32,846 nt of DNA from an uncultured Gammaproteobacteria bacterium. Lineage in GTDB: Bacteria > Patescibacteriota > Microgenomatia > UBA12405 > JAHJSD01. The notes beneath the pieces are model-generated. The model had not been told where the DNA came from. It did no database searches and saw only the letters and a program-made list of their open reading frames with translations. Position 1 is the first letter of the stretch; every line of letters starts with the position of its first letter. The translations under genes and the position numbers were made by a program. The DNA is taken from the NCBI GenBank assembly GCA_964432015.1, contig CAYSLZ010000001.1, positions 2,088-34,933 on the forward strand, written 5' to 3'. Of this stretch, positions 31,942-32,846 are shown one piece after another.

Positions 31942-32351
31942 AAACAACACAATTAAAAAAAGAAGAAATCAAAAGAGATTGGCATGAAATAGATTTAGCC
32001 GGCCGAACTTTGGGCCGGGTTGCAACAGAAATTGCTAGTCTTTTGATTGGAAAGCACAAGCCGGAATATACGCCGCATTTAGATTGTGGAGATTATGTTG
32101 TTGCCCTTAATTCCAGTAAAATTAAAGTCAGCGGTAAAAAACGGGAAAATAAAATTTATAACCGCCATACGGGTTATATGGGCGGTTTAAAGTCAATTAA
32201 TTTTGATAAATTAATGAAAAAAGATTCGAGACAGGTTATAAAGCTGGCAGTAAAAAATATGCTCCCCAAAAATAAGCTGCGTAAACAGCGGCTGAAAAGG
32301 TTAAAAGTTTTTGAAGAAAAGGAACATCCTTATGGCGAAAAGTTCAACTAA
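31938..32351 (+). CDS. rplM: 50S ribosomal protein L13
   Basis: W..IDLAGRTLGRVATEIASLLIGKHKPEYTPH.D.GDYVV and HTGYMGG. Confidence 0.95.
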   Translation: MKTTQLKKEEIKRDWHEIDLAGRTLGRVATEIASLLIGKHKPEYTPHLDCGDYVVALNSSKIKVSGKKRENKIYNRHTGYMGGLKSINFDKLMKKDSRQVIKLAVKNMLPKNKLRKQRLKRLKVFEEKEHPYGEKFN

Positions 32352-32754
32352 AAAATCAAAAACTAAATATACTTATGCAGTTGGTAGACGTAAGAAATCA
32401 ACGGCAATAGTGAGATTATTTACCGGTAAGGGAAAATTGGAAGTAAACGAGAAATCAATAGCTGATTATTTCCCGGGCAGAATAAATAAGCATTTTTATA
32501 CTCAACCCTTTGAAGTAACCAACACTGAAGGTAAATATCATGGCAGTATTTTAGCTCGTGGTGGTGGAAAGAAAAGCCAGCTGGAAGCGGTTGTTTTAGC
32601 AATTAGTCGAGCTTTAGAAAAAATTGACCGTGAGAAATTCCGTCCGTCTCTTAAAAAGGCGGGTTTGCTGACAGTTGACGACCGGGTTAAAGAAAGAAGC
32701 AAACCTGGTCAGGCCGGTCGTGCGCGTGCTAAAAAACAGTCTCCAAAACGATAA
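32332..32754 (+). CDS. rpsI: 30S ribosomal protein S9
   Basis: YAVGRRKKSTAIVRL, GGGKKSQLEAV and a C-terminal ...KKQSPKR. I prefer the ATG at 32332 over the upstream start at 32311. Confidence 0.93.
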   Translation: MAKSSTKKSKTKYTYAVGRRKKSTAIVRLFTGKGKLEVNEKSIADYFPGRINKHFYTQPFEVTNTEGKYHGSILARGGGKKSQLEAVVLAISRALEKIDREKFRPSLKKAGLLTVDDRVKERSKPGQAGRARAKKQSPKR

Positions 32755-32755
32755 A

Positions 32756-32846
32756 GTCATCCTGAGTTTTTTTTCTTTGTCATCTTGTGCTTTTTATTCG
32801 TCATCCTGAGCGGTAGCGAAGGATCCCCTCAAACTTAGAACTTAGT
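32756..32846 (+). repeat. Palindromic repeat element, copy D (truncated by the window end), preceded by two partial left-arm copies
   Basis: GTCATCCTGAG at 32756-32766, GTCATCTTGTG at 32779-32789, then CGTCATCCTGAGCGGTAGCGAAGGATCCCCTCAAACTTAGAACTTAG from 32799. Its loop resembles the copy B loop (CCAAACTTAGCAAACTAG). Confidence 0.75.

Noticed and set aside
13048-32846. I considered whether the recurrent CGTCATCCTGAG repeats form a CRISPR array.
   Set aside because: The copies are kilobases apart with irregular spacing. They occur in both orientations, are long internal palindromes, and are separated by essential genes rather than spacers.

Overview
This AT-rich window is tightly packed and every credible gene is on the + strand. 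It is essentially one long ribosomal and translation super-operon. It starts with a compact alaS, followed by a small cell-envelope block: a large bitopic membrane protein, a sortase, a 66-aa zinc-ribbon ORFan and mltG. The rest runs rpoB-rpoC | rpsL-rpsG | fusA | tuf-rpsJ | rplC-rplD-rplW-rplB-rpsS-rplV-rpsC-rplP-rpsQ-rplN-rplX | rplE-rpsN-rpsH-rplF-rplR-rpsE-rplO-secY-adk-map-infA-rpmJ-rpsM-rpsK-rpsD-rpoA-rplQ-rplM-rpsI. rpmJ was missing from the ORF track and I found it by hand. I moved nine N-termini from the track's TTG/GTG-extended starts to the conserved ATG/GTG. There is no room for L30 (rpmD) between rpsE and rplO, or for L29 (rpmC) between rplP and rpsQ. Missing L30, compact proteins (AlaRS 590 aa, RpoB about 1060 aa), heavy gene overlap and the standard genetic code suggest a reduced-genome, CPR/Patescibacteria-like bacterium; this placement is inference. 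I found no discrete new multi-gene system. The unexplained signals are small. (1) A roughly 70-90-nt two-helix palindromic repeat (CGTCATCCTGAG...GAAGGATCC...GGATTCTTC...CTCAGAATGACG) occurs at four operon junctions; one copy supplies the rplX stop codon and two inverted copies bracket rpsL-rpsG. (2) A second 35-nt hairpin element occurs once in the rpsJ-rplC spacer and once as an in-frame 17-codon insertion in the essential map gene. (3) EF-Tu has a strongly divergent switch-I/effector loop. (4) Phased 7-8-nt A/T-rich repeat arrays end exactly at several start codons that lack a Shine-Dalgarno. (5) Further oddities are a terminator-like hairpin in the rpoB leader, an acidic S12 tail, a K/E-rich RpoC insertion, non-canonical residues at RpoB and S12 resistance positions, and a 135-nt inverted-repeat-bounded element after alaS.
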